From the NCBI GenBank assembly GCA_041645165.1, contig JBAZQN010000010.1:102-64101 (forward strand): a stretch of DNA of 64,000 nucleotides, in the 5' to 3' direction. How positions within the stretch are numbered: position 1 is the stretch's first letter; each line of letters starts with the position of its first letter. A program made the position numbers and the translations under genes. The notes below the pieces were generated by a model, which had not been told where the DNA came from, searched no databases, and saw nothing but the letters and a program-made list of their open reading frames with translations. This DNA comes from Patescibacteria group bacterium. GTDB taxonomy: Bacteria > Patescibacteriota > Patescibacteriia > 2-02-FULL-49-11. This document shows, piece after piece, positions 62,807-64,000 of the stretch.

Positions 62807-64000
62807 ATGAAATACATACTTTACGCTCGCAAGAGCACCGAAGATGAGGACAGGCAGATTTTAAGCATTGAGGCCCAAGTCTTTGAATTAAAAGAATTTG
62901 CCGCCAAAGAAAAACTTGAAATTGTCGATCCGATTTTCGTCGAGACCAAAACTGCCAAAGAACCTGGGCGAATTAAATTCGCAGAAATGTTGTCATTGAT
63001 TGAAAGAGGGAAAGCAGAGGGGATACTTTCTTGGAATCCGGATAGATTAGCTCGTAATTCCGTTGATGGAGGGCGAGTAATTCACATGATAGATCGCGGC
63101 TTGATTAAATCATTGAAATTTCCAACATTTTGGTTTGAGCCAACACCGCAAGGACTTTTTATGCTCCAAATTGCTTTTGGTCAAAGTAAATATTATGTGG
63201 ATTCACTTCGAGAAAATGTAACTCGTGGAATGAGGCAGAAAGTAAGAAATGGAGTATGGCCAAGCAAAGCACCGCTCGGCTATCTCAACAATCCAAAAAC
63301 CAGAGGAATTGATGTTGATAGAGAAAAAGCACAAAAAGTGAAAAAGATTTTTGAACTCTACGCCACCAGAAATTACAATCTCCGCGAAATAGCCGAGTGG
63401 TGCAAACGGGTAAATCTCAAAAGCAATTTAGGCAACAGCATTTCAATTGGAAAAGTCCATGAGCTTTTACAAAACGTTTTCTACATCGGTCTTATGAAGT
63501 ATAAAGGCGAAATTCATGAGGCAACTCACGAGCCGCTAATTTCAAAGAAACTTTTTGATAAAGTGCAGGAAATTATGCGAGAAAAAGGCAAGCCGCAAAA
63601 AGTTAAGAAACATAATTTTGCTTTTCTCGGGTTTATGAAATGTCCTTGCTCGGCGGCGATAACAGCAGAAAAGAAAATTAAACCAAGTGGCAGAGAATAT
63701 GTGTATTATCGTTGCACAAAAAAGAAAGGGCCATGCCAAGAAAAACACTTTTTGCGACAGGAAGAATTATACGAACAGATTAAATCTTTTCTTCAAAAAG
63801 TTTCTTTGTCGAGCCACGACACAGAAAACGTTTTAGCCGAACTCGAAAAAGAAGAAATACAAACAAAAGAGCAAGCCAAAACAACTGTTCAAAATCTTAA
63901 AGTACAATTAGCTGAAATTGAAATAAGACTTGAAAAACTGCTCGACGTTTTTCTTAACGAGGTTATCTCTGTTGAAGATTACAAGGCGAGAAAAGAAAAA
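62807..64000 (+). CDS. Large serine recombinase/integrase, truncated by the window end (absent from the ORF track)
   Basis: MKYILYARKSTEDEDRQILSIEAQ, DRLARN, APLGY, FYIG, HEPLIS..LF, C.C...YYRC zinc ribbon, coiled coil. Confidence 0.92.
   Translation, partial: MKYILYARKSTEDEDRQILSIEAQVFELKEFAAKEKLEIVDPIFVETKTAKEPGRIKFAEMLSLIERGKAEGILSWNPDRLARNSVDGGRVIHMIDRGLIKSLKFPTFWFEPTPQGLFMLQIAFGQSKYYVDSLRENVTRGMRQKVRNGVWPSKAPLGYLNNPKTRGIDVDREKAQKVKKIFELYATRNYNLREIAEWCKRVNLKSNLGNSISIGKVHELLQNVFYIGLMKYKGEIHEATHEPLISKKLFDKVQEIMREKGKPQKVKKHNFAFLGFMKCPCSAAITAEKKIKPSGREYVYYRCTKKKGPCQEKHFLRQEELYEQIKSFLQKVSLSSHDTENVLAELEKEEIQTKEQAKTTVQNLKVQLAEIEIRLEKLLDVFLNEVISVEDYKARKEK

Noticed and set aside
409-63748. Numerous short ORFs antisense to or overlapping the called genes
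   Set aside because: They are shadows of longer genes with clear motifs and have no recognisable signatures of their own.
1-64000. Alternative genetic code (TGA = Gly)
   Set aside because: Long genes are intact under code 11 and several end at TGA at the expected position (e.g. 6167, 7089, leuS).

Overview
A 64-kb chromosomal window that most resembles Patescibacteria (CPR, Parcubacteria/ABY1-like), using the standard code with TGA as stop. Housekeeping genes are clpC, comF, three tRNAs, a D,D-carboxypeptidase, recG, rsmA, tsaC, leuS, a LysM/M23 peptidase, a lexA-orf-dinB SOS operon, gmk, an RluA-family synthase, a CCA-type nucleotidyltransferase and a small methyltransferase. A ~31-kb minus-strand cluster (11.7-43.0 kb) encodes a relaxase-free type IV secretion-like and cell-surface apparatus: pilin-like proteins, VirB4/PrgI/VirB6/VirB8-like proteins, DsbA, and large Cys-rich and cohesin-domain proteins. 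Other content is an AbiEii toxin-antitoxin pair, a block of small accessory genes and a large serine recombinase running off the right end. The most striking signal is a set of short palindromic REP/MITE-like repeat families. Several occur both as gene-carrying units bracketing one small nuclease gene (GIY-YIG, GxxExxY/PD-(D/E)XK, RAYT) and as gene-less units. They nest inside one another, with filled and empty alleles both visible, and they insert in frame into essential proteins. One example is a complete 176-codon GxxExxY nuclease cassette inside the RecG helicase core. All calls come from reading the sequence and recalling motifs; no database searches were run.
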